A DNA stretch of 63,944 bases, counting the filler, from an uncultured bacterium (GTDB taxonomy: Bacteria > CAYJOG01): the NCBI GenBank assembly GCA_964371695.1. It is 5 parts of 5 records of this genome, joined end to end, with 100 filler letters (N's around TTAATTAATTAA, not from the genome) between each part and the next. Parts side by side here need not be neighbours in the genome. Positions count along the whole stretch, not along the records: positions 27,179 to 40,642 come from CAYJOG010000031.1; positions 40,743 to 54,151 come from CAYJOG010000032.1; 3 more parts are not named here. The stretch is one strand, 5' to 3'. Position numbers and translations under genes: made by a program. The notes under the pieces were generated by a model, which saw nothing but the letters and a program-made list of their open reading frames with translations, made no database searches and was not told the DNA's origin. Positions 40,232-50,296 of this stretch are shown piece by piece. Within the stretch, counting starts at the first letter, position 1. The number at the start of each line of letters is the position of its first letter.

Positions 40232-40306
40232 GTTCAATCTTCGGCGTCATTCCCGCGAAAGCGGCAGTCCGGTGAAACATAAGCATCACACCTTTCTGTT
40301 CTCTTT

Positions 40307-40337
40307 CAGTGGGGCGGGCGGGACCCCCGCCCCACTG
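40307..40337. repeat. GTGG REP hairpin related to the RAYT-flanking REP
   Basis: CAGTGGGGCGGG-CGGGACC-CCCGCCCCACTG. Confidence 0.7.
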
Positions 40338-40452
40338 CAGTGAGATTTNNNNNNNNNNACCCCTTTTTGTGTGGGGGGCCGGGGGGGGGGGCCCCCCCCC
40401 CCCCCCACTGCTGTCAGATTTTCCTGTAGCCAGACAGCAATGGTGTCAGATG

Positions 40453-40642
40453 TCAGAACGTAAACGGCGTGAAGGGATGCAGGTTGGGGCGTCCACCGCA
40501 GGCGTGGATGGTGTGGCTGCCCACGTCGGCCACCAGGGCGTTGCATGTGACGTAGTAATCCCCCTCGCGGCAAAGGGTATTGTCGTTGGGTGTGGCCTCG
40601 CCTGAAGTGTCCCGCAAAACAGTTTTCAGGTCTTCCACGTCC
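40453..40642 (-). CDS. 3' fragment of a hypothetical protein at the contig end
   Basis: Open frame running into the linker with coding-like composition. Confidence 0.4.
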
Positions 40643-40742
40643 NNNNNNNNNNNNNNNNNNNNNNNNNNNNNNNNNNNNNNNNNNNNTTAATTAATTAANN
40701 NNNNNNNNNNNNNNNNNNNNNNNNNNNNNNNNNNNNNNNNNN
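40643..40742. other. Artificial contig linker
   Basis: N-TTAATTAATTAA-N. Confidence 0.98.
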
Positions 40743-40849
40743 TTGTTTTTTATATTTGACTGGATTCCCTCTTTCGCGGGAATGACGGCGGGCAAGAGGC
40801 TTGTGCTGCCTAAAACAAAAACACCTGCAGCCTGACGCCTGCCTGCGGT

Positions 40850-41227
40850 TTATTCCTCCACCAGCGCAAAAGACTGCGTGAGCACTTCCACACCGTCCTG
40901 GTTTTTGGCGCTGATGCCGATGTGCTTCAGGCCCCCTTCGCCGTCGGTCACTTCGCCCTCCAGGCTGATTTTGTCTTTGGGCCGCACCGGTGCGTTAAAG
41001 CGCACGCTCAGTTTTTTGAGCTTGCCGGGGTCCTGATCCCCCACCGTGTCGGTGGCCAGCCTTTGGGCAAAGGCCATCGTGCACAGGCCCTGCAGAATCT
41101 TGCTGCCCAGGCCCACGGCCTTGGCGAACTGGTCATCGATGTGAATGGCGTTGAAGTCGCCGCTCGCACCGGCGTAATAGATGGGCATGTAAGGCCCGAC
41201 AATTTGTGTGAAGTTTTTGGGTTCCAT
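40850..41227 (-). CDS. MaoC-family (R)-hydratase/dehydratase, HadB-like
   Basis: YAGASGDFNAIHIDDQFA..G; VRFNAPV; AGGAGG RBS. Confidence 0.88.
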   Translation of the reverse strand: MEPKNFTQIVGPYMPIYYAGASGDFNAIHIDDQFAKAVGLGSKILQGLCTMAFAQRLATDTVGDQDPGKLKKLSVRFNAPVRPKDKISLEGEVTDGEGGLKHIGISAKNQDGVEVLTQSFALVEE

Positions 41228-41241
41228 GATTGCCTCCTGGG

Positions 41242-41697
41242 TTATCCGCGGACCACAAAGGTCCACTTGCCTTCGCTCACCAGTTCGCCGTTCTGGTTAT
41301 GACTTTCGGTGGCCATCACCACAATGGTGTTGCCGGGTTTGCCGTCGGGTTTGGTCTTGTTTTCGACATGGGCGATTTTGCCGGTGGTGGTGATTTCGTC
41401 CTCGGCCAGCACCACTTTATGAAAGGTAAACTCCTGGCCACCGTGCACCAGCATGGGCAAGTTCAGCTTCAGTTCGTTGTCAAACAGCACTTTCTCCAAC
41501 ATGCCCTTGGCATAGACCACCGCCATCATCGGCGGGGCCACCAGGTTGCCATAGGGAGTGGACCGGGCGAAGTCCAGGTCCAGGTAGTGTTTGTTCTTGT
41601 CGTTCACCGCCAGGGCGTATTCCCTGATTTTTTCCCGGCCCACTTTGTAGACCACGGGATCGTAGATTTTTCCGATAAATTTGGGGTCCACTGGCAT
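41242..41697 (-). CDS. MaoC-like N-terminal hotdog protein, HadA-like
   Basis: VGREKIREYALAV.D.N..YLD..A..GNLVAPP, LVHGGQEF; GGAGG RBS. Confidence 0.85.
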   Translation of the reverse strand: MPVDPKFIGKIYDPVVYKVGREKIREYALAVNDKNKHYLDLDFARSTPYGNLVAPPMMAVVYAKGMLEKVLFDNELKLNLPMLVHGGQEFTFHKVVLAEDEITTTGKIAHVENKTKPDGKPGNTIVVMATESHNQNGELVSEGKWTFVVRG

Positions 41698-41842
41698 GTG
41701 GCGACACCTCCAGAATGTAGTGGCCGCAGTGTGCCATTTTGAATATTCAAATTCAACTATTCCCCCGCTGGTTAGCCCCACCATGCCGGAATGGGGCAAC
41801 AGACATGGAACAGGCGCTGGCGCTTTGCCGCCGGATCAGGTT

Positions 41843-41859
41843 TTGGCATGGGTTTTGCC
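41843..41859 (+). promoter_or_regulatory. sigma54-like promoter
   Basis: TTGGC-ATGGGTT-TTGCC just upstream of ATG 41874. Confidence 0.45.
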
Positions 41860-41873
41860 ATGTCTGATGAATT

Positions 41874-42242
41874 ATGGACCAGACAACTCTCTCAACAGAC
41901 AAAACCCTGGCTGTTCATGCGGTGGACTTTTTGCCAGCCGATGTGGCGCTGCTGGTGCCCATGACAAATTTTGGCCTGCACCAATCCGCCTGTGATGGCG
42001 GCGCCTTCCTGCGGTTTGCCCGCACCTTCCCCAGAATGGTGCTGGATTTTTCCCGGATGGGGCCACCCACCCACGAAGCAGTTTCACTGTTCACCGTCCT
42101 GATGCGCATTGCCATCCACCAGGGGGGATGGTTAAGGGTGTGGCGGCCCGATGACGCCTGGCACGCACTCCTTTCCAAAATCTGGATCGCCGACGACGAT
42201 CAGGTGAACAGCCTGTATGAAAATCTGGCTGCGACGGCCTGA
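41874..42242 (+). CDS. Hypothetical, degenerate STAS-like protein
   Basis: MVLDFSRM..AVSLF..GGWLRVWRP..LL pattern; lacks DSSG. Confidence 0.5.
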   Translation: MDQTTLSTDKTLAVHAVDFLPADVALLVPMTNFGLHQSACDGGAFLRFARTFPRMVLDFSRMGPPTHEAVSLFTVLMRIAIHQGGWLRVWRPDDAWHALLSKIWIADDDQVNSLYENLAATA

Positions 42243-42290
42243 CCTTTGTCGATCTTTCCTTCCCGAATCCTCCCGAGCCACTGGTTTCGA

Positions 42291-42692
42291 TCAGGTCAGA
42301 TCCATGAAAGGGTTAAAGGCCACTTCCCACAAAAAACCGTCGGGATCAGCAAAATAGCCTGAATATCCACCCCAAAACACTTTTTGCCCGGGTTTTTGAA
42401 GCGTGGCCCCGGCCCTCACCGCCTCCTGCAACGTTTCATCCACAGCGTTTTCAGAGGCCACGTTGTGGGCCAGCGTGAAACCCCGGGAACCGCTTCCCTC
42501 GCTGGACACCTCCGCGTCTTCGGCCAGTTTTTCGCGGGGATACAACGACAGCACCAGGCCGCCCTGCAAATCCAGAAACACCACGTCCCCAACGCTTTCG
42601 GCCCGCACCGGAAACCCCAGGTTTTCATAAAACCGGCGGGAGACCGTCAAGTCCCCCACACCCAGTGTGATGAGGCTGATGCGGGGTCTCAT
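42291..42692 (-). CDS. VOC/glyoxalase family protein
   Basis: RISLITLGV.DL..SRRFY, FWGGYSGYFADPDG.LWEVA. Confidence 0.93.
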   Translation of the reverse strand: MRPRISLITLGVGDLTVSRRFYENLGFPVRAESVGDVVFLDLQGGLVLSLYPREKLAEDAEVSSEGSGSRGFTLAHNVASENAVDETLQEAVRAGATLQKPGQKVFWGGYSGYFADPDGFLWEVAFNPFMDLT

Positions 42693-44260
42693 GGCAGGCG
42701 CAACCCCAGTTGCTCACCCAGTTGCGCGGCGGTGGCTGCATCCACCCGCGCCAGTTTCTGGAAAAGCTTGGATGCTTTGACCGACCGCCCGGCCTGGAGC
42801 GCCATCAGGATTGCCCCCCGCAGGGCCAGCGTGGAGTTGGGGTTTTGGCGAAGCGCCTCGGCCAAATGACCGTGTGCTTCGGCGGGCCTGTCCGCACGTA
42901 GGTCGCCCATGGCCTGAAGACCGTGGGCTGTGGCCCAGAAATCCAGTTCCGGCGGCAAGTGGTCCATCCGGGCCTGTTGATACCACAAAAACCACAACTC
43001 GGCATTGGGCGGCGCACGCCACAGGGCGGATTCATCGGGCGGAAAACGCTGGCTGAACAAAGCGAGATTTTCCCAGGGGGCAGGCCAGTCGGGATGAGAA
43101 CGGGTCTGCGCCAGCAGCGTCTCTTTGGCGGCCTGGGAGTTCTGGCTGGTGTCCAGGCCGCTCAGCACGGCCAGCGCGGCATAAAGCGCGCCCTCCTCTG
43201 GCCCCTGGGACTCATCGGCCAGGGCAGCCGACTGGCGTTGCAGGGCAGGTTGCAGGGTTTCATACACCGCCAGCCGCCGTTCCATTTCCACGTGCCAGTT
43301 CCGCTCTTCGTTCACATGCCGCTGGGCGGCCCGCCGCAGCCTGTCCCATTCGGCGGGTTGTTTCAAAAGCGCCTCTACGATGGCGTCCAGTTCGTTCAGA
43401 TTCTCATAAAAAAGGCCGGTCTGGTTTTCGCGCACCGTGAGAGAAAAAGGTGTCTGGCGGGGAACCACACCCACGGCTCCGGCGCGGGCGGCATCCAGCC
43501 ACTTGCCGTCGCTGCGGCACAGGTTGAAGGGGTCGGTGGTGGAAGGAATCACCGTGACGTGCCAGGTTTTGAGGTGCTCCTGATATTCCCGGTAAGGCAG
43601 CGGCGGCTGATGCACCACCCCCGGCCCAAGGGCCTGAAAAGGTGCAAACAGCGCCGGGTCGCACATCAGTTCCACCCACACGTCCTTGCGCCGGTTGACA
43701 AGACGCCAGATGGCGGGCACGGCGTGGGCGGCGTCTTCGGCGTGACCGGCGCTGAAAGCCAGCCCCACCACCCAGGGTGCATCCGGCGAGGGGCCAATCG
43801 GCCCGCTGTCCCCGGGGCCAGCCAGGGGCATGGCGGGCTCCACGGCGTTTTGCGCCAGCAGGGTCTGGGCGGCGAACTCACCAAAACGGGCCAGCAGGCC
43901 GGGGCTGGAAAACTGCACCATGTCCGCCGCCGCCATCTGGCACAGAAAAGCGTCCTGCACCCAGGCCTGACTGTAATAAGCCCTGAGGGGATTGCCTGCC
44001 TGAAACGCCATGAAGTGGTCACTGATTTCCACCACCGTGGGCAAGCCGCGCTTTTTTCTTTCAGCCAACAACTGATGCACATTGGGGCTGCCGGTCATCA
44101 GCAGAATGGCCAGGGGGGCCGCCAGGGTGGTTTCATACCACCGGGGCTGGTGGGTCATCACCACGCGGGTGCTCACCCCCAGGGCCGCCAGCGTGCGGGC
44201 CGGAAACCCCGCTCGGTTTTCGTAATCTCCCGTGCCCACAGGCTGGGGCGAGTTGAGCAT
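42689..44260 (-). CDS. GT-B glycosyltransferase-like protein with a C-terminal TPR-like region (native start probably separated by the MITE)
   Basis: VVEISDH, DMVQFSSPGL, FNLCRSDGKWLD, VRENQTGLF; helical C-terminus. Confidence 0.75.
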   Translation of the reverse strand: MLNSPQPVGTGDYENRAGFPARTLAALGVSTRVVMTHQPRWYETTLAAPLAILLMTGSPNVHQLLAERKKRGLPTVVEISDHFMAFQAGNPLRAYYSQAWVQDAFLCQMAAADMVQFSSPGLLARFGEFAAQTLLAQNAVEPAMPLAGPGDSGPIGPSPDAPWVVGLAFSAGHAEDAAHAVPAIWRLVNRRKDVWVELMCDPALFAPFQALGPGVVHQPPLPYREYQEHLKTWHVTVIPSTTDPFNLCRSDGKWLDAARAGAVGVVPRQTPFSLTVRENQTGLFYENLNELDAIVEALLKQPAEWDRLRRAAQRHVNEERNWHVEMERRLAVYETLQPALQRQSAALADESQGPEEGALYAALAVLSGLDTSQNSQAAKETLLAQTRSHPDWPAPWENLALFSQRFPPDESALWRAPPNAELWFLWYQQARMDHLPPELDFWATAHGLQAMGDLRADRPAEAHGHLAEALRQNPNSTLALRGAILMALQAGRSVKASKLFQKLARVDAATAAQLGEQLGLRLP

Positions 44261-44289
44261 GACGATTTGGGGTGATGAGGTGTTATTCA

Positions 44290-44462
44290 GAGCCTGTTTA
44301 TAAACGAATGAAGGTTCGTTTGCAACCAAGCTCGGCGGGCCATGGATGGCCCGCTCCAAAAACCGAAGTGTTGAAAACACAGAGGTTTTTGCCCGCCAAG
44401 GGGGCTTTGCCCCCGATGGCGTTGGGTTTTAAAAGTCCACGACGGACTTTTAAAACAGGCTC
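44290..44462. mobile_element. MITE (family E) with GAGCCTGTTT terminal inverted repeats and a TCA target duplication
   Basis: TCA-GAGCCTGTTT...AAACAGGCTC-TCA; 173 bp, non-coding. Confidence 0.88.
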
Positions 44463-44870
44463 TCAGGGTGGCCATCCGTGGTGCATCATAAATTGTTTGA
44501 AGTCCGCCGGGGACCACACCGCCAGCGCTTTTTTGTGGTTGCCGGAAATCACCTTTTTATCAGCGCTCACCACCACCACCGCCTGATGGGCCAAGTCACG
44601 ATGCACCAGCCGCCAGATGGCCCGGTCGGCAGAGTGTTTGCGACCCTTTTCTGTAAAGTGCAGCGCCACCCGGTGGCGGCGTTCTTCGGATTTCACCGTG
44701 CCGTCGAACACCACCTGCACATCGGCGCAGCGCCGCGCCAGTAAAGACACCCAGCGGAGAAGTTTTTCGCGCCCCGCCGCCAGACTGCCCTCACGGCCAA
44801 AACCCTGGCCCCGCAGCGTGCCGATCACGTTGTAACCGTCCAGCACAAAGGTGATCTGCTGAAGCGGCAC
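44463..44870 (-). CDS. NYN/YacP-like (PIN-fold) domain protein
   Basis: VLDGYNVI, REKL, VVFDG, SADRAI, VVSAD; start uncertain. Confidence 0.82.
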   Translation of the reverse strand: MPLQQITFVLDGYNVIGTLRGQGFGREGSLAAGREKLLRWVSLLARRCADVQVVFDGTVKSEERRHRVALHFTEKGRKHSADRAIWRLVHRDLAHQAVVVVSADKKVISGNHKKALAVWSPADFKQFMMHHGWPP

Positions 44871-44924
44871 AACGGATTCGGTGGCCCATTTGGTTTCATG
44901 CGTTATCTCCACGTTTTTGTTCAG

Positions 44925-45396
44925 CGGGGACTCCGTCCCCGCCCCCGCCTCCCTGCCGGGGGAAGAACGAAAAACAGGAAAGCCCCTGGCCATCCATGGC
45001 GGCTGCCTCCAGGGCATCCATCCCTGGATGCCCGTTCGGCGGGCAAGCGCATCAATATGCTCTGGCAATACCCCGCCTCACCCCCGGACCCCCAGCTTAT
45101 GGCGGTTCCTGACAGGTTGAGCCACCACGGCGGGCTTTGTCGGCCATGGGTGGTCCAACCTGAGGGAACCGCAGGGCGACAAGCCAATCTGACATTCTCC
45201 GTAGTAGCCACGGGCGTCTCGCCTGTGGCATAAAAACAAAGGTCAAAAAACCTTTTGGTTTCAACTGGATTCCCGCTTTCGCGGGAATGACGGCGGGAGG
45301 GAGTGCTTTGGTTCTTCAACGCGTAGCGCCAAATTCGGTGGGTCTGGGAGGCCCGGCGGCCTCCCAGTGGGGGGTTTGGGGGGCAAAGCCCCCCAA
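44925..45396. repeat. Repeat mosaic (family F copy, GTAG REP at 45204-45228, family D, GGGGCAAAGCCCC hairpin)
   Basis: Several hairpins shared with other intergenic regions. Confidence 0.75.
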
Positions 45397-45455
45397 TCTC
45401 AATTTCAAACAACGCACTTCTCCTGGCCTTTTGCGGGTGCTCAAAAAACATCGCC

Positions 45456-47363
45456 TCACCCACGTTTGCCAAGCACCTCGAAAATCTCGATGGGGCGGGT
45501 TTTGCCTTTCACAATCACGAGGTCCAGTGAGCGCAGGTGATATTTGTCCGCCAGACCCTCCACGATGTTTTCGCTCACCAGCAGTTGCACACCATATTGT
45601 TTGGTGAGGCTCTCCAGACGGCTGGCGAGGTTCACGGCGTCGCCAATCACGGTGTAATCCAGCTTGTTTTTGCTGCCGATGTTTCCCAGCGTGACCATGC
45701 CGCTGTTCAGGCCCACGCCAACGGCAAAAGGCTGGCCAGCGTGCCGCTCAATTTCGGGGTTCAGCTCCTTCAGTGCCGCCACCATGCCCAGGGCGGCGTC
45801 CAGGGCTTTTTCGCGGTCTTGCGGCCCGGCGGTGGGTGCGCCCCACACCGCCATGATGGCGTCGCCGATGAACTTGTCCACCATGCCCTGGTGCTCAAAA
45901 ATGATTTCGGTCATGCGGGTGAGGTAGATGTTCAGCGCCGTGACCAGCTCGGCGGGGTCCAGCTTTTCGCTCAGCGTGGTGAAGCCCCGCACGTCTGAAA
46001 ACAGCACCGTGACCTCGCTCTTTTTGCCGCTCAGGCCCAGGTCGTCGGGGTTTTTCATCAGTTCGTGCAACACGTGCGGGGCCACGTAACTTTTGAACAG
46101 ATTGGCTGTCTGGCGTTTTTCCCTGTCCACAATCAGCAGGCGATAAACCAGCCCCATGGCCCCCGACAGCATCAGCGTCACGGCGGGCGTCACCATGGGC
46201 ATCACCAGCGCCAGCGACACAAACCGCTGTTGCGCCAGCACCAGCACGCCCATGGTCAAAAGGGGTACGCTCAACAGCACCGCAAAAAAGGCGGGGGCCA
46301 GAAAAAGCACCGTGAGCCACACGGGCTGATCACGCAGAAACGCCCCGTCCAGCAGGGTCTGCATGGCCTGCTGATGCACCCGCACGCCGCCAATGTTGGC
46401 CCAGCCCGGCGAGAGGTCCGGATTCAGCGCATAGGGCGTGTTGAACATGTCCTTTTCTTCCGGGTCCGTCAGGCCGATGAACACCGCCTTGCCCTGCACC
46501 AAAAAGGCCGACACCATGGCGATCATGTCCGGCTCGGTTTCTTCGAGCAGGGTTTTGGCCGAAATCACACCCACCGGCTCGCCGGTTTCTTTTTGCGGCG
46601 GTGCGGCGGTCCAGTTGATCCACATCTCGCCGTTGCGGTCCAGGGGCACGGTGATTTTGCCCACACGCAACCGGTCACCCGCCAGTGAAACGTCTTTTTC
46701 GCCCAGGCGTTGGTGGTGCAGATAGGCCCGCAGGGCAAACGCCATTTTGAGATGGCCGGTTTTTTCGTCTTTCCACACGGGCCGCCACTTGCGCACCCTT
46801 TGGTCCAGCGCGTTCTGGGGCAGGTTCACAAACCCCACCGAGGCTTCCTTGATCTGAAACGGCCGGGCCGGGCCAAGGGTCTGCTGCCTGCCGCCTTCGA
46901 ACTTGTAAAGCTCTGCCAGCACCGGCGCGGGGCACGATCGCAGGGCGTGGTTCAACATGTTGTCCTGTGCCCTGGGGTCAAAGGAACTGTCCCGGCGATA
47001 AAACCAGGGGGCGTAATCGGTGCTTTCGCGGTCCAGCAGCACGTCGAGCGCCACGGTGCTGGGTTCACCCCGGCACACGTGGTGCAGCAGGCGGGCGATC
47101 ACCCCACGGGGCCAGGGCCAGCGGCCCACTTTTTTGAGCGTGGCCGGGTCCAGCGCCACCACCACGGCGTCGGGTGTTTCCTGGGATTTTTTTGGCGTGG
47201 CTTTCCGTTCTCCCCTCAGGAAAAACAGATAGTCCACCGCCATGTTTTCGTATTTCTCCAGAGGCCGGAACGACACCCCAAGCCACAACACACCACAACA
47301 CACGGCGCTCAGCAACAACCACACCACCATGTGCCGGGACCATGAAAAATGTTTGCCCGTCAT
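45456..47363 (-). CDS. CHASE2-domain adenylate/guanylate cyclase
   Basis: GRWPWPR (CHASE2), TVLFSDVRGFT, DKFIGDAIM, DYTVIGDAVNLASRLE (Lys/Asp indicate ATP specificity). Confidence 0.93.
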   Translation of the reverse strand: MTGKHFSWSRHMVVWLLLSAVCCGVLWLGVSFRPLEKYENMAVDYLFFLRGERKATPKKSQETPDAVVVALDPATLKKVGRWPWPRGVIARLLHHVCRGEPSTVALDVLLDRESTDYAPWFYRRDSSFDPRAQDNMLNHALRSCPAPVLAELYKFEGGRQQTLGPARPFQIKEASVGFVNLPQNALDQRVRKWRPVWKDEKTGHLKMAFALRAYLHHQRLGEKDVSLAGDRLRVGKITVPLDRNGEMWINWTAAPPQKETGEPVGVISAKTLLEETEPDMIAMVSAFLVQGKAVFIGLTDPEEKDMFNTPYALNPDLSPGWANIGGVRVHQQAMQTLLDGAFLRDQPVWLTVLFLAPAFFAVLLSVPLLTMGVLVLAQQRFVSLALVMPMVTPAVTLMLSGAMGLVYRLLIVDREKRQTANLFKSYVAPHVLHELMKNPDDLGLSGKKSEVTVLFSDVRGFTTLSEKLDPAELVTALNIYLTRMTEIIFEHQGMVDKFIGDAIMAVWGAPTAGPQDREKALDAALGMVAALKELNPEIERHAGQPFAVGVGLNSGMVTLGNIGSKNKLDYTVIGDAVNLASRLESLTKQYGVQLLVSENIVEGLADKYHLRSLDLVIVKGKTRPIEIFEVLGKRG

Positions 47364-47368
47364 GGTGT

Positions 47369-48292
47369 TCAGCGCGGGGCGTCCAGCAATGTGTGGGTCT
47401 GTGTCGCCCCTGCGGTGTCGCCCATTTTTTCCTGTAGCTGAAGTTTCTGTATCAGCGCGACGATGTCTTTGGGGTTGCGTTTCAGCAACTCGTTCTGCAA
47501 CTGCACGGCTTCGTGATAAAGCCCCCCCGCCTCCAGCAAAGCCGCCTGAAGCGTCAGCTTTGCTTCCGGCTCACTGGCGAATTCTTTCTCCAGCTCCGCC
47601 AACTGACGGTCCAGTTCGGCCAGTTCCTGTTCTTCGGGCAACCAGAAGGTGCTGGTCTGCCGCGTGCTCGCACCCTGGGCGGGGCCTTCCACCGAGAGCG
47701 TATACATGCCCCCCGGTTTCATGGGATGCAACGAGTCGGGGTAATGCAACACGTTTTCGGGGGTCTCCAGATTGAACCACTCCATGCCCGTGTCGTCGGC
47801 AAGCGTCACCTTGTAATCCCCCTTGTCTCCCAGCCAGGTGATGCTGATGCGGTCTTCGCGGATGGCGCTGTTGAGGGGATAGGTGAGCACCAGTGAGCCT
47901 GTGGCCGGGCCGCTGCGCTTGACGCCCCCCACCCCACCCTGGCTTTTGAAATCGCGGTTTTTGTCCACCATGTTGGACATGCCCTTGCTGAGCAGCGACA
48001 TGGCCTTGGCGGCCGCGCCGGGCGAGCCCGCCGTCGCGCCCCCGCCGCTCACGGCGTGGGTGACCGGGCCTTTTACCAGCACCTTTTGACCGGCGGGTGT
48101 GAGGTAGAGCACCATGGCTCCGGCGGCGGCGGTGATTTTTTCACCCTTGTTCAAGGGCATTTTGGGTTTGAGAGGTTTGCCTCCCACCTTGGCGTCGCCC
48201 TTCACCATCATCACCAGGCCAGCAGGCGCGGCCATGGCCTGCGCCGAAAAAAGCAACCCGAAGACCAGCAGAAAAGTAAGCAGTCGTTTCAT
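47369..48292 (-). CDS. Secreted FecR/DUF928-like partner of the CHASE2 cyclase
   Basis: Signal peptide, VKGDAKV, GGVKR, YPLNSAI..ITW, MKPGGMY, helical C-terminus. Confidence 0.6.
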   Translation of the reverse strand: MKRLLTFLLVFGLLFSAQAMAAPAGLVMMVKGDAKVGGKPLKPKMPLNKGEKITAAAGAMVLYLTPAGQKVLVKGPVTHAVSGGGATAGSPGAAAKAMSLLSKGMSNMVDKNRDFKSQGGVGGVKRSGPATGSLVLTYPLNSAIREDRISITWLGDKGDYKVTLADDTGMEWFNLETPENVLHYPDSLHPMKPGGMYTLSVEGPAQGASTRQTSTFWLPEEQELAELDRQLAELEKEFASEPEAKLTLQAALLEAGGLYHEAVQLQNELLKRNPKDIVALIQKLQLQEKMGDTAGATQTHTLLDAPR

Positions 48293-48346
48293 GCCTCCAG
48301 AATATCAGTTTGTTCATTTCCGTGTTTTCTGGTGAAGAAGTGCAAT

Positions 48347-49688
48347 ATGCCTACAATCCGGCCCGTGGCGAACTGCGACAACAAGATTGTGGCCCGCGCC
48401 GCCGTGGCCCCCGCCATGGCCCTGCCCGCCCTGACCGTGGCCGCCCTTTACAGCGCCTGGCTGTTCATGGCCTCGGCCATGCCGCTGCTGGTGCCCCGCG
48501 CCAAACTGGTAGAGGTGCTGAACCTCACGGCCTGGGCGGTGGTGCTGCCGGGCCTGCTGCTCACCGGCGGCCTGTGGACCGTGGCCCACACCCCCCCTGG
48601 CCCCCGCCACCCCCGCCCCTGCGCAAACCGCCAAATGACACAGCAAACNNNNNNNNNNGATGCCGCAAATCATCTTCCGCCTCGGCGGGCGGGCGGTGAC
48701 GCTCTATGCCGCCGTGGTGGCGCTGAGCGTGGGTTATGGCCTTTTCAGTGGCGAGGTGGTGATGGTGGCGGGTCTGGTCATGTCCCTCACGGCCCTGGCG
48801 GCGCTGTGGGGGGCGCTGCCCTCGATCAAACGGATGCCCGCTCACGCCCCTGCCCTGCTGGCGGCGGCGCTGGCCATGGTGCTGCACGGCATTTTCCTGG
48901 CCCGGTTTGGCCCCGACTGGCGGGTGAGTTCCTTCACCGTGGCGGGCTGGCAGATCAGCCCCGTGGTGGTGAGCCACCTGCTGTTGATTGGCGGCGTATT
49001 GGTGCTGCTGGACCCGGTGAGCGTGAAAAAATGGAACGGCTGGGCCGTGGGCGCGGCGGGGGTTGTGATGGCCACGCTGGTTTTGCTCAACAGCTCCCTG
49101 GGGCCAGAGGCAAAGACCAGCACCGGCTGGCTCAGGGGCCTGCACCCCATCGGTGGTTTTGTGGGCCTTCTCATCATGCACCGCTTTTTTCCGGCCCACG
49201 AAAAACGCAAGGAGCAGCAACCCCCGGCCTATCAGAAACCCATGCGTTTTTTGCGCTGGGGGGCCTTTGTGTTTCTGGCCTTCAGCGTGGTGCTGGCCTT
49301 CAAAACCATGTCCGGCGACTGGCAGCAATATCCCCTCATGCGTCAGGCCCATTTTCACGCCAACACGCTGGGTTTCGCCTCGGCCTGGATATTCGCCCAC
49401 ATGGCTGACGAACTGGAAGCCCTCCTGGCCAGCGACCACACCGTTTATCTGGTGCTGGATTCTCAGAAAAACTTTCTCTGGGCGGCAGCGGTGCTCACAC
49501 TGCTGGGGGCGTTGGGCCTGACGGGGGCTTTTCTGCTGCCGGGTAAACCCCACGCGGTAAGCGGCATTGGCGGCCTGTGTACCATGGCCGCGAGCCTGTT
49601 GTGGCTGCGCCTGTTTCTCATGGGCCGCGTCATGGTCAAAAAACAACTCAACTCCCCCTCACCCTCATCCCCAGGAGTCACCCCATGA
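48347..49688 (+). CDS. Polytopic membrane protein with a HxH motif (NnrS / heme-copper-oxidase-I-like?), split by an N-gap
   Basis: Many TM segments; AHFHANTLGF; frame break at gap 48649-48658. Confidence 0.5.
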
Positions 49689-50296
49689 TCCAGCTCTATC
49701 AATTCCCCCAAAGCGGCAACTCCCGCGCCGTGCGTCTGGTGCTCCTCGAAAAAAACATCCCCTTCGAGCGCGTCAACATCAACTTCGCCAAGGGCGAGCA
49801 CAAAACCCCGGAGTTCCTCCAACTCAACCCCAAGGGGCAGGTGCCCGTGCTGGTGGATGGCGAAACGGTGCTCACCGACAGCCTCGAAATCAACGATTAT
49901 CTGGAGCACACCCACCCCAGCCCGGCCCTGATGCCCACTGGCGCGGCAGAGCAGGCCAAGGCCCGTGAGCGCATGGCCTTTTTTCAGCAGCGCTTCACCG
50001 CCGCCATCGGCCCGGTCATTCTGGAAACCCTGCTCAAACCCCCGCCCGCCCGCAATCAGGAACTGCTGGCGAAAAAGAAACAGGAAACCCTGGACCGCAT
50101 GGCGGAGATGGACGGTTTTCTGGCCGAAGACCCGTTTTTTACCGGCCCCATCTTTGGTCTGGCCGACGTGTTGTTCATTCCGCCTCTGGCGGCACTGCCC
50201 GACCTGGACATGGAAATCCCTGCGTCGCTGGAACACCTCAGCCGCTGGTGGCAGACCGTCAGCACCCGACCCTCATTCGACGAATCCGCGAGATGA
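49685..50296 (+). CDS. Glutathione S-transferase
   Basis: IQLY..SGNS, LNPKGQVPVL.DG..LTDS.EI..YL, LAD. Confidence 0.92.
   Translation: MIQLYQFPQSGNSRAVRLVLLEKNIPFERVNINFAKGEHKTPEFLQLNPKGQVPVLVDGETVLTDSLEINDYLEHTHPSPALMPTGAAEQAKARERMAFFQQRFTAAIGPVILETLLKPPPARNQELLAKKKQETLDRMAEMDGFLAEDPFFTGPIFGLADVLFIPPLAALPDLDMEIPASLEHLSRWWQTVSTRPSFDESAR

Noticed and set aside
44871-45472. N-terminal extension of the NYN ORF and small ORFs in this interval
   Set aside because: They are translations of repeat mosaics shared with other intergenic regions
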